From a virus (lineage: Duplodnaviria; Heunggongvirae; Uroviricota; Caudoviricetes), in IMG/VR virus record IMGVR_UViG_3300035670_000139: a stretch of DNA of 64,000 nt; one strand, written 5' to 3'. The notes under the pieces are model-generated. The model did no database searches, had not been told where the DNA came from, and saw only the letters and a program-made list of their open reading frames with translations. A program made the translations under genes and the position numbers. Positions 20,541-31,156 of the stretch are shown here, one piece after another (the first letter of the stretch is position 1; each line of letters opens with the position of its first letter).

Positions 20541-21911
20541 ATGCAAAAAAAATTTGATAACGCAATCCGTAGCATAAACGCTAATGTTAAAACACAACTA
20601 CCAACATTAAATGTAAATGATCCGATTATTCAATCAAATGTAATTGGTAATGCAACTGTTCTTGTTTCATTAGAAAATACAATTACAAATCAAGTAACAC
20701 AATTATTTCCACAAAATGCCGTTGATGAAATTACAATTTTACAAAATGCTTTTACTTGGACTGGTAATAATGTAAAGCAAAAAGAAGGGCAAAAAGCTAG
20801 TGGCTTTATTAATGTATTAGTAGATAATACAGACCCAGTAGAGATTCAAGTAAATAGCTTTTTTAGCGATGCAAAAGGCAATGAATATGTAACTACTCAA
20901 CCAACAACGACTAGCTTAAAAACTGTGCAGTTGCAAAGTATTATTATTAGTAATGGAATAGCAACTTGCACTGCAATACAAAATTCTGATCATTCACTAG
21001 GAAATGGGCAAAATGTCAACATTGAAATAACGGACAATCCACAAAGTATAAATGGTGAATATATTATCACTGTAATAAATGCCAGCACTTTTACTTTTGA
21101 AACTGATAAAAATAATGCAATATATAATGCAACATCATCTATATTTTTATATGCTAAATTTTATGGATGCTCTTTAAATATTGTAGCTACTAAAGTTGGT
21201 GCTATTCAAAATCTACAATACACAGATACTTTATTTTGTCAAAGTGATATCAATATTGTTGATAATTTAGGTTATATACAATATCAAGGATTAAGTGGTG
21301 GATCTGATGCAGGGGCGCCTAATACAGTTAAAGCAAGAACTTTAGATTTTATTGCTAAACCAATTGTTGCAGGAGGATCTTATGCTTATGAAAATTTTAT
21401 TGTAGAAAACAGTGTTGCAGATAAAGCATTTGTATATAATGTTCCTAATGCCACTGCAATTGGTATTCAAGCAGTATTATTTAAAATAAGCAATAATACT
21501 ATTACAACATTAACTCAAGCAGAATTAACTCAAGCTCAAAATAATTTTATTAATGGGGCAAAAGAACTTGGTTTATTTAAAACAGAACAATATTCTATTA
21601 ACTTTGTTAATCCAAATTTAATTCCTATTAGTATTACAATTACAGGTTTAAACCCTAATACCCAAGAAATGAAACAACAAATTATTTTAAGAATACAAGA
21701 AACTTTATTTAATACCCCTATTAGAAGAATACTTGTTGACAATAATAGTCTAAGTTCTATATCTGATGAAGCATTAAAAGATGTTATTAAAAATACTTTA
21801 GATAGTAATAACCGCACGCCTATTATGACAAGTATTGTAATAAACAATAATGACCTTGTTAATGATAGTGATTTGCTGGTAGCAAATGGTAGTAGTTTCT
21901 CGTTTCTATAA
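20541..21911 (+). CDS. Baseplate J/gp6-like candidate
   Basis: 456 aa; synteny position between the W-like and I-like ORFs. Confidence 0.3.
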   Translation: MQKKFDNAIRSINANVKTQLPTLNVNDPIIQSNVIGNATVLVSLENTITNQVTQLFPQNAVDEITILQNAFTWTGNNVKQKEGQKASGFINVLVDNTDPVEIQVNSFFSDAKGNEYVTTQPTTTSLKTVQLQSIIISNGIATCTAIQNSDHSLGNGQNVNIEITDNPQSINGEYIITVINASTFTFETDKNNAIYNATSSIFLYAKFYGCSLNIVATKVGAIQNLQYTDTLFCQSDINIVDNLGYIQYQGLSGGSDAGAPNTVKARTLDFIAKPIVAGGSYAYENFIVENSVADKAFVYNVPNATAIGIQAVLFKISNNTITTLTQAELTQAQNNFINGAKELGLFKTEQYSINFVNPNLIPISITITGLNPNTQEMKQQIILRIQETLFNTPIRRILVDNNSLSSISDEALKDVIKNTLDSNNRTPIMTSIVINNNDLVNDSDLLVANGSSFSFL

Positions 21912-21913
21912 TT

Positions 21914-22567
21914 ATGCAAACAATAAATATTATCAATCCATCTATTGATAGTGTTGAAAAGCTAAGAGATCTATTATTAAAAGCAGCCTTTCCTAATGCT
22001 AGCGTTAGTCCAGACCCTGAAGGTGGTTTTGGCTTATTATATAAAGCATTTGCTACTAAATTATATCAAGTAATAGATGAAATGAACGATGTGATTAATG
22101 ATTGGTATGATGTAAGTATTGACAATTTAGATAACAGGCTTTTAGATAATTTTTGCCAAGCTTATGGACTGCCAGATTTGCTATTTAATAAACTTGAAAC
22201 AAATTTAGAAAAAACACTTGCAATTATAATTAGACGCTTTATACTTAAATGTAAAAGTGCTGAAAATTTTGAAGAAATGTTTCGTATGTTAGGTATAGAA
22301 GTGAAGATAGAATGTAAATCAACAGAGGCAAAGTACTTTAACTTTCCTGCAAAATTCCCATGTAGATTTGGTGGTTTTCAACCAAAATTTAAAAATACAT
22401 TTATTGTATATGTTAAAAACAATAATACTGGATTACCTAACTTTGGGCCTAATCATCCATTTCCAATGAAGTTATCTGGTCTAAGCGATAATTTAAATAA
22501 AGTAAAATTTATTTTAGAAAATTACTTAAAAATTGTAGATAAAGTATTTCAGTATAAGAGTTTATAA
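21914..22567 (+). CDS. Baseplate gpI/gp48-like candidate
   Basis: 217 aa; immediately upstream of the tail-collar fibre gene. Confidence 0.25.
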   Translation: MQTINIINPSIDSVEKLRDLLLKAAFPNASVSPDPEGGFGLLYKAFATKLYQVIDEMNDVINDWYDVSIDNLDNRLLDNFCQAYGLPDLLFNKLETNLEKTLAIIIRRFILKCKSAENFEEMFRMLGIEVKIECKSTEAKYFNFPAKFPCRFGGFQPKFKNTFIVYVKNNNTGLPNFGPNHPFPMKLSGLSDNLNKVKFILENYLKIVDKVFQYKSL

Positions 22568-22574
22568 ATAATAT

Positions 22575-23723
22575 ATGTCTGGCAGTGGAGATATTAACCA
22601 ATTAAATGTGCAATATCAACCTGATGTTGACACAGCTTCATTACCCTCAAATGATATGATTGCTTTAATGGCACAAATCATTAAATTAACAGAAGTAGGT
22701 GCTGGGGTATGTTTTGGAGGTGATGCCACAAGTATGGGAGGTGTTGGTAGAACTGAAGCAACAAATATTATTACTGCTGAAAACTATAACCAAGTAGATT
22801 ATTTTAAAAATCAATTAGCGACTGCAATTGCTGCTATTGCAATGTCTCAAGGTAGACTAGAACACGACTCCACTTCCGCTGCAAACGCTATTGTTTTAAA
22901 GGCTGGTAAAATTATTTCAGGCGTTCAAAAAAACCCATTAACAAATGTAAATTTACCTGCCGATTATTCAACTACGCTACCTTTACCAAAAAAATCTGAT
23001 AAAATTAGCTTTAGATTTACACCAAAATTTACAAATACTCAAACTGATGTTACAATTTTAGTGCAAGACTATAATGCAAGTGCATTGCCATTAAGAATAG
23101 GTAATAGCGTTGCAAGCACAGCATTGCCTATTAACTATTTAAAAACTACACAAGAAATTGAAATTAAAACTGGAACATATACAGTTGGGCAAACTACTCA
23201 GGATTGTTTTTTTATACAAGATTATATTGTTGGTATTACAGCTGAATATAAATTAATGGCACTTACTGCTGATTATGGGAATTGGCTTATCTGTGACGGA
23301 AGGGCTATATCAAGAACACAATATTCAAATCTTTTTACAGCAATTGGTAGTGCTTTTGGTAGCGGTGATGGTTCAACAACCTTTAACATTCCAGACTTAA
23401 GAGGTAGAGTTGCAGGTGCAATAGGTCAAGGCTCTGGATTAACTAATAGAACGCTGGGTAATAACCTTGGGACTGAGACGCATACATTATCATCATCTGA
23501 AGTTGGTTACAATACTTGGATAATGGAGAAAGATGATGGAGATGTAGATAGTGGACAGCCTCGTGCGTTAGTAGAAGTTGTAAAAGTAGATGGCGTCACA
23601 GTAGTTCCGTTCAATTCTCCAAATCAAGATTTTACTTTTAATGTATCGCCAAAAAATCAAACATCGCACAACAATATGCAACCAACCCTTTTTGCAGGTA
23701 ATTATTTTATTTATGCTGGATAA
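22575..23723 (+). CDS. Tail fibre protein with phage tail-collar domain
   Basis: GNWLICDGRAISRTQYSNLFTAIGSAFGSGDGSTTFNIPDLRGR matches the tail-collar domain signature (W..CDG...S...Y..LF..IG...G.GDG.TTF.LPDLRGR). Confidence 0.75.
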   Translation: MSGSGDINQLNVQYQPDVDTASLPSNDMIALMAQIIKLTEVGAGVCFGGDATSMGGVGRTEATNIITAENYNQVDYFKNQLATAIAAIAMSQGRLEHDSTSAANAIVLKAGKIISGVQKNPLTNVNLPADYSTTLPLPKKSDKISFRFTPKFTNTQTDVTILVQDYNASALPLRIGNSVASTALPINYLKTTQEIEIKTGTYTVGQTTQDCFFIQDYIVGITAEYKLMALTADYGNWLICDGRAISRTQYSNLFTAIGSAFGSGDGSTTFNIPDLRGRVAGAIGQGSGLTNRTLGNNLGTETHTLSSSEVGYNTWIMEKDDGDVDSGQPRALVEVVKVDGVTVVPFNSPNQDFTFNVSPKNQTSHNNMQPTLFAGNYFIYAG

Positions 23724-23725
23724 AA

Positions 23726-25270
23726 ATGCTAATATATTCTAACAACAAAGTAAATATTACTAACAATAATCAAAATGTAGCAATAGAAATACAATATTTT
23801 AATGCTTACGAACCGCAAAATACATTTCAAAACTATACAATTATTTCTTGCCAAGATGATATACAGTATTGTATAGTAAATGATACACAACAAGGTTTAA
23901 CAAAAGCATTAACCGATGAATGTAATACATATCAAAATAAAATACAAACTTATATTGACAATGAAAATGCAAGACAAGAAAGGGCAATACAAATACCATT
24001 TTTGCAATCTTGCCTTATGGTTTATTTAAAAAAATACAATATTCCGTATATAGAAAATACTATAGTAGACAATGGTTTTGAATTAGAAAATAATCAAGTT
24101 TTGTGGCAAAAACTTTACCCATCCGTCCCTTATTTGACAAAAGACGAGCTTTACAATCAATATGCTGGTTATGTCGTTTATCAAGATAAAATCAAAAACT
24201 TAAATGCAAACTATGATAAAGCAAAAAAATCTATTAAGATTTGGATTGAAAATGGTATTTTTACTGGGACTCAAAATGGTTTAGTAGATTTTACTAATTC
24301 TAACAATGCAAGCCTTAGTAATGTAGAAAATTTATTGCAATTATTTACTCAATTTGCCGATGAGGCAAAGGCTAGCAATGGATACGGCAAAGAGTATAAC
24401 GAAGACTACGGCTACTGGGATAGAGTTTTTCAAGTTGCTTACAACGACTCTGGCAATGTTATAAATGTATCTATGACGCCTTTTGATATTTTACATCTTA
24501 AAAGGGCAATACAAAATCAAAAATTTATTTACTGGCAATCTGTTGCAAAATACAATACAAAAGTTGCAAACTTACAAAATGTTTATAATAACTGGATTAA
24601 TGCAACCGATGTTAGTTTAAAAGACAAGTTTTTGCAAGACTTGATTGCTTTTGATGTAAATGTAGAAGATTACAACATTGTAGCAAAATGGTTGATTAAT
24701 CTTGATGTTTTACAAGAAACTTTAAGAATTTACGAAACCGAAGATGCTTTAATACAATGCTTTAGTGGTTTAAATGGTAAAACACAAGAAGGGATATATT
24801 TGCAATGGAAGACAGACTTTATTGCAAGTAGAACCTCCGATGTAAATGCTTTAAAAAATGCAATAGAAGTAGGCACTGGCTTTAGCTTTGGCACAACTGC
24901 AACAAAATTAAAAGGCTTTGCAAGCTACGGCGAGGAAATTACTGCATTACTTACAAAACAAACGCAAAACAATCTTGGCATGGGATACAAAGAAAATGAT
25001 TTAATCTTTGTATTGAATGCAAATGATTTACTAGGTGAAAATGTATTTATTGCCCCTAGTGTTGTAAGCACAGAGCTTGAAAACAATCAAATACAAGTTG
25101 TTGCAACTCAAAATTTTAAATCTTGTGTTGTTAAATTGCAAATTGTTGATGGGTTTTTGAAACCTGTAATACAAACAAAGAATAGTAAATCAAACTTTAC
25201 AATACAATGTAAAAGTGTGTATAAAAAAGAAAATAATGTTTTAGTTAGTAGAGAATTTATTGTTAGTTAG
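23726..25270 (+). CDS. Hypothetical protein (tail-fibre-associated)
   Basis: 514-aa ORF between the two fibre genes. Confidence 0.5.
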   Translation: MLIYSNNKVNITNNNQNVAIEIQYFNAYEPQNTFQNYTIISCQDDIQYCIVNDTQQGLTKALTDECNTYQNKIQTYIDNENARQERAIQIPFLQSCLMVYLKKYNIPYIENTIVDNGFELENNQVLWQKLYPSVPYLTKDELYNQYAGYVVYQDKIKNLNANYDKAKKSIKIWIENGIFTGTQNGLVDFTNSNNASLSNVENLLQLFTQFADEAKASNGYGKEYNEDYGYWDRVFQVAYNDSGNVINVSMTPFDILHLKRAIQNQKFIYWQSVAKYNTKVANLQNVYNNWINATDVSLKDKFLQDLIAFDVNVEDYNIVAKWLINLDVLQETLRIYETEDALIQCFSGLNGKTQEGIYLQWKTDFIASRTSDVNALKNAIEVGTGFSFGTTATKLKGFASYGEEITALLTKQTQNNLGMGYKENDLIFVLNANDLLGENVFIAPSVVSTELENNQIQVVATQNFKSCVVKLQIVDGFLKPVIQTKNSKSNFTIQCKSVYKKENNVLVSREFIVS

Positions 25271-25272
25271 TT

Positions 25273-25869
25273 ATGGAATACTCGCAAATTACAAGGACAC
25301 TTGTAAATAAGACCGTTACAAATGGTAGTTTAACAATAGATTTTACAAAATCTTCTGGTATTACATTTTCTATTAATGCACCAAATCACGGACTTGTTGG
25401 TATATCAACTATAACAATTAATTCCGCAACAAATGCAAATGATGGTTACCAAGCAATTTTTGATAGAAATATCATTGGTAAAACTTTTGAATGTAGCACA
25501 TTGGATGCTAATACACTAATATTAAATCAAAGGTTAGATAATTTTTTTAACCCAATTACACAACAGCTTTTTGCAATTACAACAACAACTTTAAGTTTTA
25601 ATGTTGCTAATAATGATTTTTTGTATGCAGCGCAAAATCAAAAACTTCGTTTAGAAGTAAATTTTAATGGTATTGTTGGAACTGAGTTAAATATTACTAA
25701 TAAAGACGGTCTTCCATCTATTGTAAGCTGGACAAATCAAACTTCAGTTAATATTACACAGAGTGGTAATAGCTATGTAATTGCCGATTGTGCAGGTGCT
25801 ATTTATAAATTTAAAAGCACCGATGCTTCAAAACCTATCATTTTAAAAATTTTTGATTTATATAATTAA
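25273..25869 (+). CDS. Hypothetical beta-rich protein
   Basis: 198-aa ORF. Confidence 0.45.
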   Translation: MEYSQITRTLVNKTVTNGSLTIDFTKSSGITFSINAPNHGLVGISTITINSATNANDGYQAIFDRNIIGKTFECSTLDANTLILNQRLDNFFNPITQQLFAITTTTLSFNVANNDFLYAAQNQKLRLEVNFNGIVGTELNITNKDGLPSIVSWTNQTSVNITQSGNSYVIADCAGAIYKFKSTDASKPIILKIFDLYN

Positions 25870-25870
25870 A

Positions 25871-26038
25871 ATGTTGTTAAGCACATTACAAACCACTTTT
25901 GTATCTAATTTGCAAAGTGGTATTGGTAATAACAACAATGATATTCCAACATCAAATAATAAATATTTAATTGATGGTGAAGGTTTTTATTTAATTGATG
26001 GTGAAGGTTTTTATTTAATTGATGGTTATAATTCTTAA
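25871..26038 (+). CDS. Small protein with LIDGEGFY x2.5 tandem repeat
   Basis: ATG at 25871. The C-terminus is LIDGEGFYLIDGEGFYLIDGYNS, from a 24-bp DNA tandem repeat (25968-26030). Confidence 0.3.
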   Translation: MLLSTLQTTFVSNLQSGIGNNNNDIPTSNNKYLIDGEGFYLIDGEGFYLIDGYNS

Positions 26039-26048
26039 AATATAATAT

Positions 26049-29000
26049 ATGCCAAATCCACAAGATACTAGGAATATTACTGATCCTAGTTTAGTTAATT
26101 CAAATCCAGCTAACGATGATATTATAGTTTCTGCTAATAAAATCAGTGGAAAAACCCAAACAATGCGTGTAGATTTATTTGCTAAAACTGCAGATTTAGC
26201 AAATAAGCCAAATAAATCAGCAAGCCCTACGGCAAATAATATTAAAACAATGGACGCTCAAGGTAACGACCTTAATAGCGGTAAAACAATAGCAGACTTA
26301 GAGCCTGCTATTGTCAAAAACACTGCTTTTAATAAAAATTATAGCACAAATTTAAGTGATCTGAAACAAAATGGGAATGCTTCACTTGGAACAAACGATA
26401 CTCTTGTAAGAAGCGACCATGTTCACCCAAGTGATGCAACTAAGGCAGATTTGAGTTATGTTAATACTCAACTTAATACCAAAGCAAATACATCTGATGT
26501 AAATACTGCTTTAAATACTAAAATAGATAAAACTAGCATAGAAAATACTTTAACTAGCACAGATACTACTAAAGTTTTATCAGCGGCACAAGGAAAGATT
26601 TTAAATGATAATAAAGCAAATACCTCTGATGTAAATACTGCATTGAACTTAAAATTAGATAAGACAAGTGTAATTAATAATTTAACAAGCACATCAATAA
26701 CAGATGCTTTATCCGCTGCTCAAGGTAAAGTTTTGCAAGATGCTAAACTAGATAAAACAAGTGTTAAAGATACTTTAATAAGCACTTCTACAACTGATGC
26801 TTTGGCAACTTCTGCTGGTAAGCAATTAAAAGATTTAGTAGATACAAAAGCAAACTCCGCAGATATTGCTACTTTAGCACAAAATGCAGTTATTAATAAT
26901 GGTATTGCAAGCACAAACCAAACTTATTCATCTTCCGTTATAGAAGAAAGATTGTCTAATTTACCACAAGGAGGTGGAAGTGGTATATCTTATTATGTTA
27001 GCAATGTAAGTAGTGATATTGCTACATACAAAGTGTTAGATACCTCACCAATATCCGCAACAGGAACATTGACTGCTACTGCAAATAATAATCAAGTATT
27101 GCTACAATCTTTTGCAACTGCAATTTTAAACAGAACCCTTCTAAATAGTGGATTTTGGGAATTTAATTTTGCTTGTAGTATTGATAGTAACCCAACTGCA
27201 AGTAAAGTAAGTAATCTTGTCGTTGAATTATACACAAGAGATGGAGCTACAGAAACTTTATTAAATAGCATTACAACCGAAGCAATTACTAGCACAAATA
27301 AAATTGAAATTAATGCTATATTAGCTCAGCAACAAATTACAATTACTGCAACAACTAGAATTGTTATTAAAATTTTTGCAAAAACAACAGAAACAAAAAA
27401 TGTTCTTTTTACTTTATTTTACGGTGGAACAGATTCACATGTTCATACTCCTTTTAAATTAACAAAGGCAGATATAGGTTTATCTCAAGTGCAAGATGTT
27501 GATACAACAAAAGCAAGTAATATTGCAATTGATGGAGTATTCTTATCTAATAATGCTGCAATAACAACTGGAGATAGTTTAAAAACTGCTTCTCAAAAAG
27601 CACAGGGGCAAATAGAGGCTTTACAAAGTGGAAAACAAAATACACTTACTCTAGTTGATACAGCAAGAATTGATTTGACATTAAGCGGAAGTAATTTAAG
27701 TGCAGATATTATAGCTGGATCAATTGGAACAACGCAACTTGCTGATAATGGGGTTACAACAGCTAAAATAATAGATAATGCAATTACTAACAGTAAAGTA
27801 GCTAGTGGGATTGATACTAGTAAAATAACACAAGCAACATATTTAGATAATACTAATCAACTAAATAATGGTGACAATCTAGATGTTGCTTTAAATAAAA
27901 TACAATATCAAGCCAAAGATGCGTTGCATAAAAATACAACAAATGAAATTAATAATTTGACTGCAAAAACATCTGTTATTGATACAGATGTAATTCTTGC
28001 TGAAAATAGTGCTAATGTTTTTTCTAAAATAAAAATTACATTTGCAAATATTTGGAATTATATTAAGTCAAAAGATAGCAATGTAAAAAATTGGTATGTT
28101 CATAATACTAATGGAAACGATAGTAACAATGGTTATTCTCCAAATAATGCTTTTTTAACTTTAGATAAAGCAACCACATCACTTGGTAATACTGGGGAAG
28201 CACTTAATTGGCTTTTAGGACAATTTTCTACTAGCGTAACATTTAACCAATTAAATGTTGATATTAAAGGAGATAATGCTAATAAAGGTGCTGCAACTGG
28301 AACAAGCGGAACTGTAACATCCTCTAATGCAAGTTCCTCTCAAAGATATAGCAATTTAGCTTTTGGTGCTTTTACCAAAACTGGAGCAGGGCAAGCTTAT
28401 TTAGAAAATGTTAATATTACTGGAACATTAAACGATACTTCAGCTGGTTATTTAAAATATAAAAATGGAAGTATTGGCAGTTTATCTATTACTGGGACTG
28501 GTATTAAAGTATTTGAAGATTTTGAATTAAATGGAACTGTAGCTATTAACAACTCTTTAGTAAGTGTCTCTTTTAATGGAGTAGGAAGAGCTATAACATT
28601 GTCTACTGCTAATGCAATTTCTTTAACAGCAGGAACATTGTCTATACGCAATATGATTATTTATTGTCCTGCAAACACAGTCTTTGGAGCTTCTGGAGTT
28701 AATTTTCTATTTGATAATGTGCAATTCATTAACCCAGCTACTGGTTTTGCACAGGTTATAACAATCCCAGCTGGAGTTAATTATTCTTTACAAAATTGCG
28801 AATACGACCCAACATCTTCTATTAATGGCACCGATATATCTAGCACTAGAATTAAAAGATTTGGAAATATTTTTGCAAAAATCATTGAGATTACTAGTGC
28901 AACTATAGACACTTTAATAATAAAAGGTAAAACATTTAGTTTAAACAATATTACCAATCCAACAAATGCAAGTGCTGATGGTTCTGGTGTTATTGTAAAA

Positions 29001-30398
29001 GGAGCTACTGATAAAACTTTTACTTATAATAACACTTTGCAATCTTTTCAAAGTAGTGAAAATATTAGTATCCCTAGTGGTAAAGACTTTTATATTGGCA
29101 ATACTAAATATGCTGATACCACTAAAACATTAACACAAACAACATTTACACTTGATGGAACCAGTGGTAATGTATTAAATGGGATAAAAAATGATAATAT
29201 TGCAGCTGATGCTGCTATAGATGCTAGTAAAATGGGAGATGGCACAGTAAGTAATACAGAATTTTCATATATTGGCACACTTGTGTCTGATGCCCAAACT
29301 CAACTTAATGGTAAGCAACCTGCATCATCTACATTAACAACATTAGCTGGCACTCTAAATCCTGAAACTTTAACAAAATTTGGTGCAATACCTTTAACTT
29401 CTGCCGATAGTGGAAAAATACCTCAAGTTGATGCCAATGGCAATATAGTTTTTAACGCTCCAACAAGTGGTGGTAATGTAAGCGTAACAGGTTTAACAAA
29501 TGCTAGTGGTAAGGCTCCAGTATTTAACAATGCAAACGGAACGGGTCTTGCATTACTGGATACAACAGTAGCTTTAAATAAATTAAATTACAGTAAAAGT
29601 ACTGGTACAATACCAACTTTATCAACCACTGAAAGAGATGCTTTGGTAGCAAGTGGTGATTTAACTGAAGGAAGTAATATTATTAATTCAACGGAAAATA
29701 TTTTACAAATTTATCGTAATAATGTTTGGACTTCTGGCTATAAAAATACAGTTTCAACAAAATTAATTGGCTGGCTTACATCTGGCACAAATGCTGGTGG
29801 AACATTATTAGGTAATGCTACATGGTTTAATAACTCATCTTTTGCTGGCTTGCGATCTTATGTGGTGCAATTGACATCCAATGCCAATGGTCAAAAAGGT
29901 ATTTGGTATAAAAATATCCTTAGTCTTTCTACTACAAAAAGAGTTAAAGCTACTTTAAATTATCAAGTAGGAGGAGGGTCGGGGGCTGATGGCATGTGGA
30001 TTTCGTTTTTTGCAAACACAATACCTACTACGACTAATCTTCCAACAACAGCAAACAATTCTTATACAATATATATCAATGAATATAATGCTCAAATGCT
30101 TTTATACTACAACGGAGCTCAAATAAAAGTTGAAGGTTTTAACGGTTTAGACTTTGGTGGTGCTAGTAATTATGTAAGGCAAATGGAATTTACTTTAGCT
30201 TATGATTACAATACATCATTAATGTATATTGAAGTTGTAATTAAAACAGCCTACGGTGGTAACGGGATGGTATTTTCACATCAGGATACTGTTGTTAGAA
30301 ATTTAACGGGAACTTATTGTATCTGTGGCGGACTAACTGGTGGACTTAATAACTACCATATTATAAAATATTTTGATATTGAACCTTATTTTGATTAA
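26049..30398 (+). CDS. Long tail fibre protein (1449 aa) with internal sequence repeats
   Basis: Ser/Thr/Asn-rich. Contains ~40-aa repeats NTSDVNTALN.K.DKTS..N.LTST..TDALSAAQGK.L.D (3-4 copies) and repeated 'DxxKIxxxxIxxxxI' fibre-type segments. It is the largest gene, at the end of the tail module. Confidence 0.7.
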   Translation: MPNPQDTRNITDPSLVNSNPANDDIIVSANKISGKTQTMRVDLFAKTADLANKPNKSASPTANNIKTMDAQGNDLNSGKTIADLEPAIVKNTAFNKNYSTNLSDLKQNGNASLGTNDTLVRSDHVHPSDATKADLSYVNTQLNTKANTSDVNTALNTKIDKTSIENTLTSTDTTKVLSAAQGKILNDNKANTSDVNTALNLKLDKTSVINNLTSTSITDALSAAQGKVLQDAKLDKTSVKDTLISTSTTDALATSAGKQLKDLVDTKANSADIATLAQNAVINNGIASTNQTYSSSVIEERLSNLPQGGGSGISYYVSNVSSDIATYKVLDTSPISATGTLTATANNNQVLLQSFATAILNRTLLNSGFWEFNFACSIDSNPTASKVSNLVVELYTRDGATETLLNSITTEAITSTNKIEINAILAQQQITITATTRIVIKIFAKTTETKNVLFTLFYGGTDSHVHTPFKLTKADIGLSQVQDVDTTKASNIAIDGVFLSNNAAITTGDSLKTASQKAQGQIEALQSGKQNTLTLVDTARIDLTLSGSNLSADIIAGSIGTTQLADNGVTTAKIIDNAITNSKVASGIDTSKITQATYLDNTNQLNNGDNLDVALNKIQYQAKDALHKNTTNEINNLTAKTSVIDTDVILAENSANVFSKIKITFANIWNYIKSKDSNVKNWYVHNTNGNDSNNGYSPNNAFLTLDKATTSLGNTGEALNWLLGQFSTSVTFNQLNVDIKGDNANKGAATGTSGTVTSSNASSSQRYSNLAFGAFTKTGAGQAYLENVNITGTLNDTSAGYLKYKNGSIGSLSITGTGIKVFEDFELNGTVAINNSLVSVSFNGVGRAITLSTANAISLTAGTLSIRNMIIYCPANTVFGASGVNFLFDNVQFINPATGFAQVITIPAGVNYSLQNCEYDPTSSINGTDISSTRIKRFGNIFAKIIEITSATIDTLIIKGKTFSLNNITNPTNASADGSGVIVKGATDKTFTYNNTLQSFQSSENISIPSGKDFYIGNTKYADTTKTLTQTTFTLDGTSGNVLNGIKNDNIAADAAIDASKMGDGTVSNTEFSYIGTLVSDAQTQLNGKQPASSTLTTLAGTLNPETLTKFGAIPLTSADSGKIPQVDANGNIVFNAPTSGGNVSVTGLTNASGKAPVFNNANGTGLALLDTTVALNKLNYSKSTGTIPTLSTTERDALVASGDLTEGSNIINSTENILQIYRNNVWTSGYKNTVSTKLIGWLTSGTNAGGTLLGNATWFNNSSFAGLRSYVVQLTSNANGQKGIWYKNILSLSTTKRVKATLNYQVGGGSGADGMWISFFANTIPTTTNLPTTANNSYTIYINEYNAQMLLYYNGAQIKVEGFNGLDFGGASNYVRQMEFTLAYDYNTSLMYIEVVIKTAYGGNGMVFSHQDTVVRNLTGTYCICGGLTGGLNNYHIIKYFDIEPYFD

Positions 30399-30401
30399 AT
30401 T

Positions 30402-31136
30402 ATGTATAATTATTACGATTTGACTACTTTTGAATTTTTAATAAGTAGTAGTGAAAAGCTAGGAGAGAATAGCAACTACACAGAGATTACACCTATGGAA
30501 TATGACAATAATATTAAGAAATTATTTTTTAATACTGAAAAACAAATATGGGAGGTAAAAGATATTATGACAAATGGATATTATGTCAGAATAGATTTTG
30601 AAGATTTTGCTAAAATTGTTAAAATTGTCCAAAATCCAACAATGGAGGAGGTTGTAGTTAATAATTACCTTTTTCTATTTACTGCGATTCAAATAATTAA
30701 TGATGCAATTAAAAAATATTATAATCAATTAAGGTTTTTTAAAATTAGTAATACACAGGATTTATTTGTTAATTTTGTATGTAAGCCAGATGATGTTATA
30801 ATAAATAATAATAAAATTTGGGGCTTTTCAACAGTGAATAATAATATTTTAAGTAGCGAGCAAAATGGTAAAGAGTATTATACTTATTATATTGACAAAA
30901 CTAACTATATAAATGTTTCATTAGTTAAATTAAAAGAACTAACAAAACAAATGAATAGTTTTCATATAAGCACTGGAACTTTAATGAGATTGCACCAGTC
31001 TTTTATTGATGATGCTGTTGTTAATAACAGTATTGAAGATATATTAAATTATGATTATAGGTTAGAAATCAGGGAAAATGTTTTAAATGGAGGTGAGCCT
31101 TACATTGTAAATCCATTCCCTAATCAAAATATTTAA
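30402..31136 (+). CDS. Hypothetical protein
   Basis: 244-aa ORF directly after the fibre gene. Confidence 0.45.
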   Translation: MYNYYDLTTFEFLISSSEKLGENSNYTEITPMEYDNNIKKLFFNTEKQIWEVKDIMTNGYYVRIDFEDFAKIVKIVQNPTMEEVVVNNYLFLFTAIQIINDAIKKYYNQLRFFKISNTQDLFVNFVCKPDDVIINNNKIWGFSTVNNNILSSEQNGKEYYTYYIDKTNYINVSLVKLKELTKQMNSFHISTGTLMRLHQSFIDDAVVNNSIEDILNYDYRLEIRENVLNGGEPYIVNPFPNQNI

Positions 31137-31156
31137 CATTTGTATATTTATTTTTT

